Below are positions 1-9,190 of a DNA stretch of 20,000 bases, one piece after another (positions within the stretch are counted from its first letter, which is position 1; every line of letters begins with the position of its first letter). A program made the translations under genes and the position numbers. The notes under the pieces are model-generated. The model ran no database searches, was not told the origin of the DNA, and saw only the letters and a list, made by a program, of their open reading frames with translations. The DNA is from an uncultured virus (IMG/VR IMGVR_UViG_3300020578_000012) (Duplodnaviria; Heunggongvirae; Uroviricota; Caudoviricetes). The stretch is taken from IMG/VR virus record IMGVR_UViG_3300020578_000012; one strand, given 5' to 3'.

Positions 1-2
1 TC

Positions 3-89
3 AATTCAAATCGCAATTTGATTGCTGTTCGTCATTCTGACTGGTATCGCAAACGAGACGATGACGCAGGTAACACTAACGAATATTAA
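3..89 (+). CDS. 3' end of an upstream hypothetical gene (partial)
   Basis: Frame is open from the window edge: NSNRNLIAVRHSDWYRKRDDDAGNTNEY*, with the stop 3 nt before the next ATG at 93. Confidence 0.5.
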   Translation, partial: NSNRNLIAVRHSDWYRKRDDDAGNTNEY

Positions 90-92
90 TCT

Positions 93-479
93 ATGTTTGA
101 CAATTTGATTGAAGAAAATATATTATTGTTTGCAGCAAAAAGTTATGATAAGCCCAACTGCATTCATAGCGAGTTCGAAGAAGATTATAAAAAAATAAGA
201 TACATCAAACGATTATTGCAAAGATATCGTATGAATGGTAAGATAAAGGAAAGACTTATTTTAAATCATCTAATCGTACTACAGAATGTGTTTGGCATTG
301 AAGCAAGCACAAGAATGTTATTTTTTAGAATTGATCAAAGAGATTGGAGTTCACTGAAGACATTCTTAATATTTACTTCTGCGATGCCAAAAATTGTCAG
401 AGGTATTCGTGGCGAGAATATTATTTCTAGCGACATACCACTTGAGCATTATATTGTAAGTATACTAAGGAATTTTTGA
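93..479 (+). CDS. Conserved hypothetical protein of the kind seen in T4-like phages
   Basis: 128 aa. The segments ENILLFAAKSYDKPNC, EFEEDYKKIRYIKRLL and LILNHLIVLQNVFG resemble a small protein I recall from T4-like aquatic myoviruses. Function unknown. Confidence 0.75.
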   Translation: MFDNLIEENILLFAAKSYDKPNCIHSEFEEDYKKIRYIKRLLQRYRMNGKIKERLILNHLIVLQNVFGIEASTRMLFFRIDQRDWSSLKTFLIFTSAMPKIVRGIRGENIISSDIPLEHYIVSILRNF

Positions 480-504
480 GAGCAACTTAAAGCCAGACAT
501 AGTT

Positions 505-533
505 ATTTTACCGAATAGTTAAATAAAAGTCAA
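505..533 (-). promoter_or_regulatory. Sigma70-like promoter on the minus strand (TTGACT-N17-TAAAAT)
   Basis: Reverse complement of 505-533 is TTGACT tttatttaactattcgg TAAAAT: 5/6 match at both -35 and -10, 17-bp spacer, located in the intergenic gap. Confidence 0.5.
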
Positions 534-537
534 ATAA

Positions 538-909
538 ATGAAGAAATTTAAAGAATACATAAAAGAAGATGCCCCAGCAAACGCTATGGGCGCAGCAGGT
601 ATAAGCGGTCTTGGTTCTGCTGTTAATGTTGGTGTTGCGGGTTATGACCGATTACTTATGGGCGGTAAGATTCTTCGCCGCAAACCACCCGTAATGTTTG
701 GTGGAAAGGCAGTATTTAAATTACCATCTGATAAATTTTATAAAGCAAGACTTGGTAAAAAAAAGTTTGAGCATTACGCGAGTTATGTTGGTCGCGATGA
801 AGCAGGTGATGAAATTCGTGCCTACATAAAAGAGAATCCTAATGCAGCTGTGATCATTGAAGATGAAACAACAGGTGCTATGTTTTATTTGAAACACGGA
901 AAGAGGTAA
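538..909 (+). CDS. Hypothetical protein with a T4 internal-protein-like N-terminus (candidate capsid-targeted protein)
   Basis: N-terminus MKKFKEYIKE resembles the T4 IPII/IPIII capsid-targeting sequence MKTYQEFIAE and ends in I-X-E. The remainder is Gly/Ala-rich, then basic. Confidence 0.6.
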   Translation: MKKFKEYIKEDAPANAMGAAGISGLGSAVNVGVAGYDRLLMGGKILRRKPPVMFGGKAVFKLPSDKFYKARLGKKKFEHYASYVGRDEAGDEIRAYIKENPNAAVIIEDETTGAMFYLKHGKR

Positions 910-913
910 TCAA

Positions 914-1150
914 ATGAAAGCAGTATTATTTTTGTTCGCTGCTTTATTATTGGCTGGGTGTTCAGACACTTATCGTTACGAATGTCAGGATCCTGAAAAT
1001 AAGGATAAGCCTGAGTGTAATCGCCCAATATGTGAGGCTGATGGATTGTGTTATGACAAATTAAATGGATTGCCAGAACCAGTAGAGCAATCACCCGTAG
1101 AAGAAGCTGCACCCGCAGCAGATTGTAATTGTGAACCCAAAGGAGAATAA
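914..1150 (+). CDS. Small Cys-rich lipoprotein (possible outer-membrane lysis component)
   Basis: Lipoprotein signal MKAVLFLFAALLLAG-C with a lipobox; Ser at +2; six further Cys; Pro/Glu-rich tail; RBS GAGG at about 903. Confidence 0.75.
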   Translation: MKAVLFLFAALLLAGCSDTYRYECQDPENKDKPECNRPICEADGLCYDKLNGLPEPVEQSPVEEAAPAADCNCEPKGE

Positions 1151-1152
1151 TC

Positions 1153-1566
1153 ATGTTTAAAGGTCCAAGATATACAGAAAGTGAATTGATGGCGCGACTT
1201 AAATTTACAGTCGGTCTCTCACTTGCATTTACATTGACAGGAATTGTTTTTGTAGTTCTTTACTCACTCATCTTTGTGACTCAGCCAATGACTCAGTCAC
1301 CCAATGATGCAAAGTTTTTTGAGTTGATTACTCCAATTGCAACCTTTCTCACTGGTATTCTCTCAGGCATTATGCTCGGTAAAAGCGAAAAGCCAGATGC
1401 ATTACCTGAGCCACCTAAAGCACCAGAAATTTCGCTCGGTGATGTTTCACCAAGTGATCTAATTCCAGAGCCTGTCGTTCAAGTTGCTCCACTCGTTGTG
1501 GCTGGCGCAGTTGGCGTTGCCGCTGGTGTTGCAGCAGCAGAGGATGAAGAAGATAAAATTGCTTGA
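1153..1566 (+). CDS. Two-TM membrane protein, holin-like candidate
   Basis: Hydrophobic segments FTVGLSLAFTLTGIVFVVLYSLIFV and FFELITPIATFLTGILSGIML; Pro-rich region, weakly hydrophobic Ala/Val stretch and acidic tail; RBS AGGAG at 1141; lies immediately upstream of the endolysin. Confidence 0.6.
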   Translation: MFKGPRYTESELMARLKFTVGLSLAFTLTGIVFVVLYSLIFVTQPMTQSPNDAKFFELITPIATFLTGILSGIMLGKSEKPDALPEPPKAPEISLGDVSPSDLIPEPVVQVAPLVVAGAVGVAAGVAAAEDEEDKIA

Positions 1567-1574
1567 GGTGATAT

Positions 1575-2741
1575 ATGAGTTTAGCATCATTACAAAAGAA
1601 AATTGGCGTAACAGCAGACGGTGCGTGGGGTCCTGGGACTCTGCGTGCCGCTGCTGCTTATTATAAACTTTCACCAGCTCGCGCTGCACATTTCTTTGGG
1701 CAAACTGCTCATGAAACGGGTGGGTTCAAAGCATTTACCGAGAATCTAAACTACGGAGCCAAAGGATTGCGTGGTATTTTTGGTAAATATTTCAAGACAG
1801 ATGCAGAAGCATTGAAGTATGAGCGCAAGCCAGAAGCGATTGCAAATCGTGTCTATGCTGGACGCATGGGTAATGGCACAGAGATGACAGGTGATGGTTG
1901 GAAGTTTCGTGGACGTGGTGCGTTACAATTAACAGGTCGTGATAATTATCTCGCGTTTTCTAAATACTGCAATCGTCCAGATGTAATGACAAATCCAGAT
2001 CTTGTTGCTGGTGAACTTGCATTTGAGTCAGCGATGTTTTTCTTTGAAAAAAATAAACTTTGGGCATTATGTGATACAGGAGTAAATGATGCTTCGATAT
2101 TATCCGTTACTAAAAAGGTTAATGGTGGTACTCACGGCTTGGAAGATCGCACGAATAAGACGAAAACGTACCATGCACAATTAAGTGGTCCTGCGCCAGT
2201 CGCAAAACCTGCGGCAGCACCAGCTGCTGCTCCAGCTGCTACACCTGCTGCTGGAAAAGTAAATCCAGAAATGCAATTATCTGAACACTTTAATCTAAAA
2301 GAATTTACAAAATCAGAAACTGCGATTCGTAAGCGAATCGATAATACGCCAAATGCTGATCATGCTCAAAATCTTAAAAATGTATGCGAAAAAATTCTTG
2401 AACCTGTGCGGCGTCATTTTAATAAGCCCGTGCGTATTAATTCTGGCTACCGTGGTCCTGCCCTTAACAGTGCTGTTGGTGGTTCTAGCAAGTCTCAACA
2501 TTGCAATGGAGAGGCTGTCGACTTTGAAATTGACGGACTTGCCAATCCTGAACTAGCAAAATGGGTCAGTGAAAATTGTGAATTCGATCAAATTATCCTA
2601 GAGTTCTATGATCCAAAGGAAGGACCAAACTCAGGTTGGGTCCATGCTTCCTATACAACCAAAGGACCAAATCGTAAACAAAAATTAACAGCATTGACTG
2701 AAGGTGGGAAAACCGTTTATAAACCAGGATTTTTAGCATGA
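1575..2741 (+). CDS. Modular endolysin: short peptidoglycan-binding motif, GH19 lysozyme-like domain, Ala/Pro linker, M15A Zn-peptidase
   Basis: LQKKIGVTADGAWGPGT (PG-binding-like); HFFGQTAHETGGF, GRGALQLTGRDNY and VNGGTHGL (GH19); APVAKPAAAPAAAPAATPAA linker; INSGYR, SQHCNGEAVD and WVHASY (M15 H-x6-D...H). RBS GAGGTG at 1565. Confidence 0.9.
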   Translation: MSLASLQKKIGVTADGAWGPGTLRAAAAYYKLSPARAAHFFGQTAHETGGFKAFTENLNYGAKGLRGIFGKYFKTDAEALKYERKPEAIANRVYAGRMGNGTEMTGDGWKFRGRGALQLTGRDNYLAFSKYCNRPDVMTNPDLVAGELAFESAMFFFEKNKLWALCDTGVNDASILSVTKKVNGGTHGLEDRTNKTKTYHAQLSGPAPVAKPAAAPAAAPAATPAAGKVNPEMQLSEHFNLKEFTKSETAIRKRIDNTPNADHAQNLKNVCEKILEPVRRHFNKPVRINSGYRGPALNSAVGGSSKSQHCNGEAVDFEIDGLANPELAKWVSENCEFDQIILEFYDPKEGPNSGWVHASYTTKGPNRKQKLTALTEGGKTVYKPGFLA

Positions 2742-3370
2742 TTGATCAATATATTGATCGCGTTGACAAAGCAGTTCAAAAAGCGACACTTGATAATGGA
2801 ACAAAATTGCCTGTTGAGATTTTTCAACTTCCAGGAATGTCTTCTCGTGAAGGAAGAATATTATTAAATGAAATTGTTCAAGAAGGTGATAAGTATCTTG
2901 AAATAGGAGTTCATAAAGGTTCCACTTTTGTTTCTGCATTGTATAAAAATAATGTACAAGCAGTTGCCATTGATAATTTTTGTGAATTTGGGACTATGGA
3001 AGATAATAAAAAGTGGTTTGATCAAGCATGTGTTGATCATCAAATAACAAACTTTAAGTTTATTAATCGTGATTGTTTTAGTTTATTTGATGACGAAAAA
3101 CAATTAATCCATGAAACTAATGTTTATTTTTATGATGGAAGACATGAAGCTGAACATCAAGAAAAAGCATTAACGCATTTTGTGGATTATCTAACTAATC
3201 CATTTATCTATATTGTAGATGATTGGAACTATGAGCCTGCAAGAATAGGAACTAAATCTGGCATACAGATATTAAATTTAAACACTCACAAAGAATGGAT
3301 TCTTGATGGAAGCACAACAAATAAAGGTTGGCATAACGGTATGTACATTGCTGTGATGAGTAAGCAATAA
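2738..3370 (+). CDS. Class I SAM-dependent methyltransferase (Methyltransf_24-like)
   Basis: YLEIGVHKGST (motif I), AIDNF, YFYDGRH, IVDDWN; ATGA overlap with the endolysin stop. Confidence 0.8.
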   Translation: MIDQYIDRVDKAVQKATLDNGTKLPVEIFQLPGMSSREGRILLNEIVQEGDKYLEIGVHKGSTFVSALYKNNVQAVAIDNFCEFGTMEDNKKWFDQACVDHQITNFKFINRDCFSLFDDEKQLIHETNVYFYDGRHEAEHQEKALTHFVDYLTNPFIYIVDDWNYEPARIGTKSGIQILNLNTHKEWILDGSTTNKGWHNGMYIAVMSKQ

Positions 3371-3382
3371 TTTTATTATTTT

Positions 3383-4384
3383 ATGAAAATACATTTATTG
3401 ACGAATCCTCGCAATCCAACAGGATTGACGAATAGAATTGATCCCTTTGCGGTACACGCATACAAATACATAAAACATCTTTCTAACCATTATGAGTTTA
3501 TTCACTATGGTATTGAAGGCGCACAAGTAAATTGCGAACATGTAAATGTTCCTGGTATGATTGACGCAGATACAACTGCATTTAATCAAGCAGCAGGAAA
3601 CGAAATTCAAAAAAGAAAAACAAAAGATGATCTGATCGTTTGTTTTTTTGGTATTGATAATAAATTAGCCTGTGACATGAATTCAGAATGTAAAGTCATT
3701 GAACCATCTATTGGTTATAGATCTAATGGGGTTTTTGCACCATATCGTGTGTTTACTTCTTACGCAAATATGCATTACTATTATGGTGAAAATGGAATGC
3801 TGATGAAACCATCTTGGTTTGATGCGGTGATTGGTAATCCATTTACCATTAGTGAATTTGAGTATTCTTACGAGAAACAAGATTATTTTTTATTTCTTGG
3901 TCGCGTTATGGAAGAGAAGGGTATACATCTTGCGATACAAGCAACAGAAAAATTAAATAAAAAACTTATTATAGCAGGTCCTGCAGATGATTTACGTCAT
4001 CTTGGTTATGATAAAATACCTGACCATGTTGAGTTAGTCGGTTATGTGCATGCTGAGAAGCGAAAAGAACTTCTAAAAAATGCAAAAGCACTTCTTGGTT
4101 TGACATATTATGTTGAACCATTCGGTAATATGATTATCGAGGCTAATTTGTCTGGTACTCCTGTGATTACAACAGATTGGGGTGCATTCCCAGAGATAGT
4201 TCTTGATGGTCAGACGGGGTATCGAATCAGAGACTTTAAACAATTATTAAATGCGATGGAAAACATAAAGTACATTGATCCAGTGGAATGTAGAAAATGG
4301 GGATTAAATTTTTCCGACGAAATAATCCACGAAAAACATCATCAATATTTGCAAAAAGTTATAAAGAATTCTTTTTATGATTAA
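3383..4384 (+). CDS. GT-B fold glycosyltransferase (GT4-like)
   Basis: FLFLGRVMEEKGIHLAI, LIIAG, and EPFGNMIIEANLSGTPVITTDWGAFPEIVLDGQTG containing the E-x7-E motif. Confidence 0.9.
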   Translation: MKIHLLTNPRNPTGLTNRIDPFAVHAYKYIKHLSNHYEFIHYGIEGAQVNCEHVNVPGMIDADTTAFNQAAGNEIQKRKTKDDLIVCFFGIDNKLACDMNSECKVIEPSIGYRSNGVFAPYRVFTSYANMHYYYGENGMLMKPSWFDAVIGNPFTISEFEYSYEKQDYFLFLGRVMEEKGIHLAIQATEKLNKKLIIAGPADDLRHLGYDKIPDHVELVGYVHAEKRKELLKNAKALLGLTYYVEPFGNMIIEANLSGTPVITTDWGAFPEIVLDGQTGYRIRDFKQLLNAMENIKYIDPVECRKWGLNFSDEIIHEKHHQYLQKVIKNSFYD

Positions 4385-5135
4385 AAAGTTATTCATTATT
4401 ACATCAACAATTGAACCGAGTGATATTGGACTCACCTATTCCAAAGTGCGGAGTATATTCTCACCTGACGAAAGATTTAGGCAAACTGTTGGTACTATCA
4501 CTTCAATACATAATGCTCATCCAGATGCAAAAATTGTGTTGTTAGATTCTTCAAATGATACAAATGGATTACTAAATCATCTACGCTTTATGCCCAACTT
4601 AAATGTTGTGTCATTAAAAAACATAAACTCAGAAATTGCAGAGATTGTAAACACAAATAGAAATAAAAGTTTATGCGAATGTTTGATGACCAATACCTAT
4701 CTTAAACAATATAAAAAATATGTCAATGAGTTTGATTTTATTATTAAAGTGAGCGGAAGATATAATCTATTTAATTTTACAGATTATTTTACTGAAGAAA
4801 ATAAAAATAAAATATTTTTTAAAAAACCATCTTGCTTTAAATGGGGTAATGATTGGGACTGGAGATTTCACCATGTTGATTTGCGACATTCTCAACAGGA
4901 CGATTACCTTCGACAATATTGTACAGTGCTATTTTCATTTGCAACAAATCATTTAGATAAACTAATAGATATGAATGATGCAATTATACACTTTCTAAAA
5001 CAACCATCAATGTCTCAATATGATATGGAAATACTTTATTATTATCTGTCTAGATCATTTGAATCAGATATAATTGAAACTGAATGGTCTGTCTGTGGAT
5101 GGGATGGCACTTCTGGTAGATTTATGTATTACTAA
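4377..5135 (+). CDS. Hypothetical protein, possibly a divergent GT-A-like enzyme
   Basis: LFIITSTI, ERFRQTVGTITSI, KIVLLDSS and FIIKVSGRY give a pattern like glycosyltransferase-associated proteins; overlaps the GT4 gene by 8 nt. Confidence 0.55.
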   Translation: MIKKLFIITSTIEPSDIGLTYSKVRSIFSPDERFRQTVGTITSIHNAHPDAKIVLLDSSNDTNGLLNHLRFMPNLNVVSLKNINSEIAEIVNTNRNKSLCECLMTNTYLKQYKKYVNEFDFIIKVSGRYNLFNFTDYFTEENKNKIFFKKPSCFKWGNDWDWRFHHVDLRHSQQDDYLRQYCTVLFSFATNHLDKLIDMNDAIIHFLKQPSMSQYDMEILYYYLSRSFESDIIETEWSVCGWDGTSGRFMYY

Positions 5136-5139
5136 TATT

Positions 5140-5697
5140 ATGAAAACAACAATAATTGTAACTGATGATTTTTATCAAAACCCAAATGCTGTGCGGGAAT
5201 ATGCATTATCGCAACCATTTGAAGTTCGTGGTAATTATCCTGGTCTAAGAACTAAACCATATTTACCCGATGATCTAAAACAAAGTATACAAAATATTGT
5301 TTATCAAGCCGCAGGTAATATTACCGATTGGATGGAACATTCTGGATATACTGGTGCATTTCAAATTTGCACAGCACAAGATAGAACATGGATTCATGCT
5401 GATAGTTACAATAATTGGGCAGCAGTTTGTTATCTAACTCCAAATGCGCCATTGTCAGCAGGAACAGCATTATACCGCCATAAAGAAACCGAATCATATG
5501 TAAGAGAAGATAACACTCAGCCACATCTAGATGGATATGACTATACAAAATGGGACATGGTAGATTATGTCGCAAACAAATACAATCGAATCGTAATGTA
5601 TCGCGGCAATTTATACCATGCTTCTTTGGATTATTTTGGAGATAATTTATATAATGGTAGATTATTTCAAACTTTTTTCTTTAATACTGAATACTGA
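5140..5697 (+). CDS. 2OG-Fe(II) oxygenase-like protein (DUF6445-like)
   Basis: ATG at 5140 preferred over the TTG at 5074. IIVTDDFYQNP, NYPGLRT, WIHAD (H-x-D), YNRIVMY, LYHAS (distal His), GRLFQTFFF (2OG-binding Arg). Confidence 0.8.
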   Translation: MKTTIIVTDDFYQNPNAVREYALSQPFEVRGNYPGLRTKPYLPDDLKQSIQNIVYQAAGNITDWMEHSGYTGAFQICTAQDRTWIHADSYNNWAAVCYLTPNAPLSAGTALYRHKETESYVREDNTQPHLDGYDYTKWDMVDYVANKYNRIVMYRGNLYHASLDYFGDNLYNGRLFQTFFFNTEY

Positions 5698-6443
5698 TGA
5701 AGATTCTACACATTGTATTTTCTTGCAACAGAATTAAATATCTGTTGCCCACAATAGAATCCTGGTCTAAACTAGACTATGGAAGCCATGAGATTACACG
5801 TTTAATTGTTGATGATTATCCTAGAACTCGCAATGATAATATATTCGAGTTATTGGGAAAGGTTCATAACACACTATTGTGGAAAAATATACAAAATCTT
5901 GGACTCTCTGTAACATGGACTAATTTCTTTAATTGGTTAAAAACTCAGGACTATGATTACATTTTGCATCAAGAAGATGATGTAATTCTAAAAGAAAACA
6001 TTTGTATAGATGATATGATAGAATGTTTAGAGTCAGATTCAAATATGGCATCTGTTGTTTTACAAAGACAACCTTGGTATTTTCACGAAGAACCGTGTAA
6101 AATAGAGGATACAGATACTCAATTCAAGCAATATTATTATAGCAAAAATGATAAGACATTTCCGATTATATTCTCTTTATATCGAAAAAATATCACAGAT
6201 CATCCCTTTATAGATTATTGGAAATTTAATCTAAATGAGGGTATGATTATGGTGTATTTGGATTACTTTCATAAGATGTATGCAGCCAATCTAAAAGGTT
6301 CAAATGGCGAAAATCTAATAGAACATATCGGCGAAGAAACCACTGGTAAAAGGATACTTCCAGGAGAGCCAAGATATGAGTTTTTTGAGCATATGGATCC
6401 CGATAAGACCTATACCTCAAGAGAAGGAAAACTTGTAGAATAA
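5697..6443 (+). CDS. GT-A fold glycosyltransferase (GT2-like)
   Basis: IVFSCNR, LIVDD, NLGLS, DYDYILHQEDD (DxD-equivalent), EHIG; TGATG stop/start overlap. Confidence 0.8.
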   Translation: MKILHIVFSCNRIKYLLPTIESWSKLDYGSHEITRLIVDDYPRTRNDNIFELLGKVHNTLLWKNIQNLGLSVTWTNFFNWLKTQDYDYILHQEDDVILKENICIDDMIECLESDSNMASVVLQRQPWYFHEEPCKIEDTDTQFKQYYYSKNDKTFPIIFSLYRKNITDHPFIDYWKFNLNEGMIMVYLDYFHKMYAANLKGSNGENLIEHIGEETTGKRILPGEPRYEFFEHMDPDKTYTSREGKLVE

Positions 6444-6450
6444 CTAAATA
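6443..6450 (+). promoter_or_regulatory. Putative T4-type late promoter (ACTAAATA)
   Basis: Variant of the T4 gp55 late consensus TATAAATA, in the gap before the fibre cluster; the same 8-mer occurs at 17241; RBS GAGG at 6467. Confidence 0.6.
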
Positions 6451-6477
6451 TACAATAACGAATTCAGAGGAAAAAAG

Positions 6478-6867
6478 ATGGCAGACATCTCAGCTAACAG
6501 ATATGATATGATTATGTGGCAAGGAAGCACCTTTGGTATGAATGTTTCCGTTCAATACGCCAATGGATCAGTTCAGAATCTTACAGGTTATAGCGCGAGA
6601 ATGCAAATACGCAGCACCTATGGTTCTGCAACTGTAACTGAATCGCTTACAAGCGCAAATGGCGAAATCGCAATTAGTGGTGCAACAGGCACTTTGACGC
6701 TTACATTACCTGCCATCAGAACAAAAGACATATTTGTTGATTTGAATGATTCATCCAAACCACCAAAAACAAAATACGTCTACGATCTAGAATTAGTAGA
6801 TAACACGAACACAGTCACAAAATTGCTCTATGGTGATTTATCAGTTTATGGCGAAGTAACTAGATGA
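6478..6867 (+). CDS. Small beta-sandwich fibre collar/adaptor-like protein (p132/BppU-like)
   Basis: [40 protein letters not shown]: a pattern typical of phage fibre-anchoring proteins that precede fibre genes. Confidence 0.6.
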   Translation: MADISANRYDMIMWQGSTFGMNVSVQYANGSVQNLTGYSARMQIRSTYGSATVTESLTSANGEIAISGATGTLTLTLPAIRTKDIFVDLNDSSKPPKTKYVYDLELVDNTNTVTKLLYGDLSVYGEVTR

Positions 6868-7955
6868 GTGTACTTGAAGTTATTTCAGTTGTAGAAACTG
6901 ATGGCGGTGTTTCTGTTGTTACAACCACAGAACAAACAACCGTTGTAGTTCAAGATTCTGCAGTTCGCGGTCCACTCGGACCACAAGGTCCTCAAGGTCC
7001 ACAGGGACCTCAAGGACCACAAGGACCGCAAGGTGCACTCTCACCATGGGCTGTTAAAGACAGTAATTATACACTAGTCAACGGCGATCGTATTATTGCA
7101 AATACGACAACAAATAGTGGATTTACGCTTACATTGCCTGCTTCTCCAACATCAGGAGATTATGTTGTAATCACAGATGGTGGTGATTTTAGCGTAGATA
7201 ATTTAACTGTTGCTCGTAATGAATCAACGATTGAAGCATTATACGACGATTTAATTATAAACGTCAAAAATATAACTGTTGAATTGATTTACAATGGTTA
7301 TACTTGGGAAGTAACTGCTACAGCAGGTCCTGCAGGTCCGTCGGGTCCTGCTGGTGGACCACAAGGTCCTCAGGGTCCGTCTGGTCCGTCAGGTCCTGAT
7401 GGTGCAGCAGGTCCACAAGGTCCAATTGGTGTAACTGTGATTGGTCCGCAAGGTCCGCAAGGTCCATCAGGACCAACAGGTGAAACAGGTTCTGGTGGTC
7501 CAGAAGGTCCATCAGGACCAGCAGGTCCGAGCGGTCCATCTGGTGGTCCTCAAGGTCCAACAGGTCCTCAAGGTCCTCAAGGTGATGTTGGTGATACAGG
7601 TGTCGCGGGTCCATCAGGTGCTAATGGTCCTCAAGGTCCGCAGGGTCCACAAGGTCCAAGCGGACCGATCAGTTTATCTTTCTCAATTGAAACATCAAAT
7701 TTTAATGCAGCAGCAGGAAATCGTTACGGTGTCGACACATCTAGCGGCGTTATTACTGCAACATTACCAGCAAGCCCATCAACTGGACAAGCAATTTATT
7801 TTGCTGATGCTGGTGGTTCTTTTGGAACAAATAGTTTAACGATTGCAAGAAATGGAAATACAATCGGCGGAGATGCGGTTGATTTAACTATTAGCACAAA
7901 TGGTGATAGCGTTGGATTGTTCTACACTGGAACAACTTGGAGAGTCTTTGAATGA
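6864..7955 (+). CDS. Collagen-like fibre protein with two T4 gp10-like beta modules
   Basis: Val/Thr-rich N-terminus and Gly-X-Y tracts; two related modules [20 protein letters not shown]...ELIYNGYTW and [19 protein letters not shown]...LFYTGTTW. Confidence 0.75.
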   Translation: MSVLEVISVVETDGGVSVVTTTEQTTVVVQDSAVRGPLGPQGPQGPQGPQGPQGPQGALSPWAVKDSNYTLVNGDRIIANTTTNSGFTLTLPASPTSGDYVVITDGGDFSVDNLTVARNESTIEALYDDLIINVKNITVELIYNGYTWEVTATAGPAGPSGPAGGPQGPQGPSGPSGPDGAAGPQGPIGVTVIGPQGPQGPSGPTGETGSGGPEGPSGPAGPSGPSGGPQGPTGPQGPQGDVGDTGVAGPSGANGPQGPQGPQGPSGPISLSFSIETSNFNAAAGNRYGVDTSSGVITATLPASPSTGQAIYFADAGGSFGTNSLTIARNGNTIGGDAVDLTISTNGDSVGLFYTGTTWRVFE

Positions 7956-7971
7956 TTGGAGTTATTAACTA

Positions 7972-9189
7972 ATGCCAGATCCAGGTCCTCAAGGTCCACA
8001 AGGACCACAAGGTGTTGCTGGTCCTCAAGGTGTTGCTGGTCCGCAAGGTCCAAGTGGACCCAGAGGTCCACAAGGTGTAGTTGGTCCAACAGGTCCAGCA
8101 GGTGGTCCACAAGGTCCTCAGGGTGTTGTTGGACCACAAGGTCCTTCAGGTCCAAAAGGTCCAACAGGTCCTCAAGGACCACAAGGTCCTCAAGGTCCGC
8201 ACTTTCCTTGGACGCTCAGAGTTGCAAATTATCAAGCAGTTGCCAATGATCGCATTTTAGCTGATACAACTGGCGGTTCATTTGTTGTAACGCTACCACA
8301 AAATCCTGTCGTTGGTGATTACATTAAAGTTGCTGACACAGGTAACTGGGCAACGAATAAACTTATTGTTTGCCCATATCCATCTACTGGCGCACCACTT
8401 ACATTTGCTAATTATGAATCTGCTACATTTCAATCTTATGCTGCATCATCTTCTACGATTGAAAAATTAAGTCAGTGTGTATGCTTAGATCAAGCAGGAT
8501 TAATTGTACAATTTATTTACAATGGCGCGACGTGGGAATTGTTTGCTCAGATCGGCGCGAAGGGTCCGCAAGGTCCTACTGGTCCGCAGGGTCCTCAAGG
8601 ACCACAAGGTCCATCTGGCGCAAGTGGTCCACAAGGTCCAGTTCAGCGAGCAACGGTTTCTGGTTCTCCACCTGCGAGCCCATCTACTGGTGATATTTGG
8701 TGGGATTCAGATAGTGGATTTATCTACATTCGCGTAGAAAGTGATGGTTGCTCTCAATGGATCAGCGCCATACCAGGAAAAGGTAGTGGCGGTGGCGGCG
8801 GCGGTGCACTCTCTTCTAGAGAAGCATTTGCTGTAACAACAGCATCCTTGAGTAATGATGGAATAGGAAATTTATCTTTTGGTGGATATAAAGGATACGC
8901 ATTATATAAAATACAAACGAATGCTGCTGCTTGGGTTCGCATTTATACTTCTGTAGCAAATAGAACAGCAGATGCAGGAAGATTAATTAATGCTGATCCA
9001 GAAGCAACAGCAGGTGTTGTTGCTGAAGCAATTACAACTGGTGCACAAACTGTTTCATTCTCACCAGCAGTAGTTGGATATAATAACGAAGATACTGTAA
9101 CAAACTCAATTCCTATCGCAGTTAAAAATCTAAGCGGATCCACTAGAACTATTACTGTTACGATTACGCTTGTAAAACTTGAGGACTAA
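7972..9189 (+). CDS. Collagen-like fibre protein with a gp10-like module and a C-terminal globular domain
   Basis: Starts almost directly with GPQ repeats; [19 protein letters not shown]...FIYNGATW module; [16 protein letters not shown] motif; poly-Gly linker. Confidence 0.75.
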   Translation: MPDPGPQGPQGPQGVAGPQGVAGPQGPSGPRGPQGVVGPTGPAGGPQGPQGVVGPQGPSGPKGPTGPQGPQGPQGPHFPWTLRVANYQAVANDRILADTTGGSFVVTLPQNPVVGDYIKVADTGNWATNKLIVCPYPSTGAPLTFANYESATFQSYAASSSTIEKLSQCVCLDQAGLIVQFIYNGATWELFAQIGAKGPQGPTGPQGPQGPQGPSGASGPQGPVQRATVSGSPPASPSTGDIWWDSDSGFIYIRVESDGCSQWISAIPGKGSGGGGGGALSSREAFAVTTASLSNDGIGNLSFGGYKGYALYKIQTNAAAWVRIYTSVANRTADAGRLINADPEATAGVVAEAITTGAQTVSFSPAVVGYNNEDTVTNSIPIAVKNLSGSTRTITVTITLVKLED

Positions 9190-9190
9190 A

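Noticed and set aside
519..525. TTAAATA as a plus-strand late promoter for the 538 gene
   Set aside because: Weaker match than the two ACTAAATA sites and leaves almost no leader; cannot be supported.
1575..2190. GH19 domain as a true chitinase
   Set aside because: The PG-binding motif, M15A fusion and lysis-like neighbours fit phage GH19 endolysins better.
5074..5139. TTG start for the oxygenase given by the ORF track (likewise 9179 for the protease)
   Set aside because: These overlap the upstream genes; ATGs at 5140 and 9191 lie just after the upstream stops and give more typical N-termini.
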